Of a stretch of 64,000 nt of DNA, positions 62,663 through 64,000 are shown one piece after another (position 1 is the first letter of the stretch; each line of letters starts with the position of its first letter). Source of the stretch: Oopsacas minuta (Eukaryota > Animalia > Porifera); NCBI GenBank assembly GCA_024704765.1, contig JAKMXF010000111.1, positions 1,623,627 to 1,687,626 on the forward strand, given 5' to 3'. The notes below the pieces were generated by a model. It worked only from the letters and a program-made list of their open reading frames with translations. It did no database searches and had not been told where the DNA came from. The position numbers were made by a program, and so were the translations under genes.

Positions 62663-64000
62663 CAGGGTGTAACAAAAGTGTTGTCCCCTTCGATTGCCAG
62701 AAGCATCTATGAGAAATAACTACACACTATCAACTTTCATTTGTTTATATAATCACCTCCCATTTCCAAAACAACTTTAACTCTGTTTGGCATGCTGACT
62801 ACTAAATTTTCCAAAATATCGGGAGTAATGGCTTGCCATGCTAATTTCACGGTTTCAATTAACTGATTTCGATTTGTCATCTGACCCTTCTCATTAACTC
62901 TCTCTTTCAATATAGCCCAAAGGTTTTCAATTGGGTTCAGGTCCGGTGAATTCCCTGGCCAGTCACCTTTCTCCCAAAACCCGTTTAGACTATCTCGGCA
63001 CCACTTCTGAGTCATTTTGGCCGTGTGGGCAGGAGCACCATCTTGCATAAAGATGAAATCGGACATGTTTCCCAACTTTGGCCGCTCTGACATAAGTCCC
63101 ATATTTTCTGTACGGTTGATGGCATCTCTACAAGTTTTGGCTAATATTTCATCCCTGTAATATAGCGAGTTTACAGTCTGTCCTTGTGGAATTATATGGA
63201 GCTCAGATAGTGCTTGATGCGACATAAGTCCCCAGACATGAATTTTTTGAGGAAATTTCACCGACAAAATGCGAAGAACATCTTTAGTTGTTTTAGCCCA
63301 AACACGATCATTATGCCGATTGGGTGTTGCATACAGTTCAAAGGGAGACTCATCAGACCAAAGAACTTTTTTCCAATCTTCCACGCCCCAATTTTGATGT
63401 TTCTTGGCAAAATTCAGTCTGTCCTGGATGTTTTTTGCCAATAAACGGGGGGTCTTTTGCCTCTTGAACGCTGATGCACCAATTGAATTGGTCAAATAGC
63501 GATAAACTGTCATGTGAGAGACAGGGTCGTTACTTGAATTCAATCTCTTTGCGATCTTGCGAGTTGATTGCCTTCTTTTAGTCAAAGTTTTGGAGATAAT
63601 GATTTTATTGACCCGATTAAAAATCGGCGGTCTGCCAGAACGGGTCTTGGTTTCCAGGCTCATTCCTTTTTTATACGCACTCCACCACCTCTTGACAGAT
63701 CTCACTGAAACGTCTAGTTCGAGAGTTACGTTTTGCTGTGAAAGACCACTCCTTAACATACCTACTGCTTGAGAACGAACCTCTAACCCGTGGTCGCGGA
63801 CATCCATTCCGAACAGAGGAAATGATTTACGAAATCCAAGTAAAAAGAAAGAGATAAAATTAGTATTAATCAAACTGCGATAGAAATAGTCAAAAACTAT
63901 TATGGTAATAGCTAGAAAGAGTAAGTCAGATGCAATAGTCAAGGTTCAGTTTTATATACCCAATCAATGACAAAAAAGAAAGAGGACAACACTTTTGCTA
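62663..64000 (-). mobile_element. Tc1-like DD37E transposon; right TIR runs off the window edge
   Basis: TIR TA|CAGGGTGTAACAAAAGTGTTGTCC at 62663. Its partial reverse complement GGACAACACTTTTGCTA ends the window. Confidence 0.92.
62737..63807 (-). CDS. Intact Tc1-like transposase, about 356 aa from the ATG at 63807
   Basis: Uninterrupted ORF with a paired-like HTH (RSGRPP), VLWSDESPF and QDGAPAHTAK...WPGNSPDLNPIENLW. There are 37 residues between the second D and the E. Confidence 0.92.
   Translation of the reverse strand: MDVRDHGLEVRSQAVGMLRSGLSQQNVTLELDVSVRSVKRWWSAYKKGMSLETKTRSGRPPIFNRVNKIIISKTLTKRRQSTRKIAKRLNSSNDPVSHMTVYRYLTNSIGASAFKRQKTPRLLAKNIQDRLNFAKKHQNWGVEDWKKVLWSDESPFELYATPNRHNDRVWAKTTKDVLRILSVKFPQKIHVWGLMSHQALSELHIIPQGQTVNSLYYRDEILAKTCRDAINRTENMGLMSERPKLGNMSDFIFMQDGAPAHTAKMTQKWCRDSLNGFWEKGDWPGNSPDLNPIENLWAILKERVNEKGQMTNRNQLIETVKLAWQAITPDILENLVVSMPNRVKVVLEMGGDYINK

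Noticed and set aside
63808-63942. N-terminal 45 aa of the 401-aa transposase ORF
   Set aside because: AT-rich and hydrophobic with no transposase character; the HTH domain starts right after the ATG at 63807.

Overview
AT-rich eukaryotic, very probably animal, genomic DNA that is dense in transposon relics. The taxon is not determinable here; a non-bilaterian such as a glass sponge is only a guess. Four host genes are well supported. (1) A multi-exon RIN/Sprint-like Rab5 GEF gene on the minus strand (SH2, long Pro/Tyr-rich region, RIN-homology region, VPS9). I reconstructed it by hand as 14 phase-compatible GT-AG exons from 25383 down to 2475; the ORF track shows only its 2.1-kb central exon. 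(2) An intronless PIGW/GWT1 gene nested on the same strand inside one intron of that RIN-like gene. (3) Intronless TBCE. (4) Intronless SNRNP200/Brr2. There is also one orphan ORF. The remainder is mobile DNA: a decayed Buster/SPIN-type hAT, a pogo/Tigger relic, a Transib/Chapaev-like relic, a truncated Gypsy element with a tRNA-iMet primer-binding site, a DD37E element, a DD34D mariner and an intact DD37E Tc1-like transposase. Many MITEs and foldback elements and Helitron-like repeats carrying microsatellites are also present. No rRNA, tRNA or CRISPR array was seen. All calls come from manual translation and motif recall; no database search was run.
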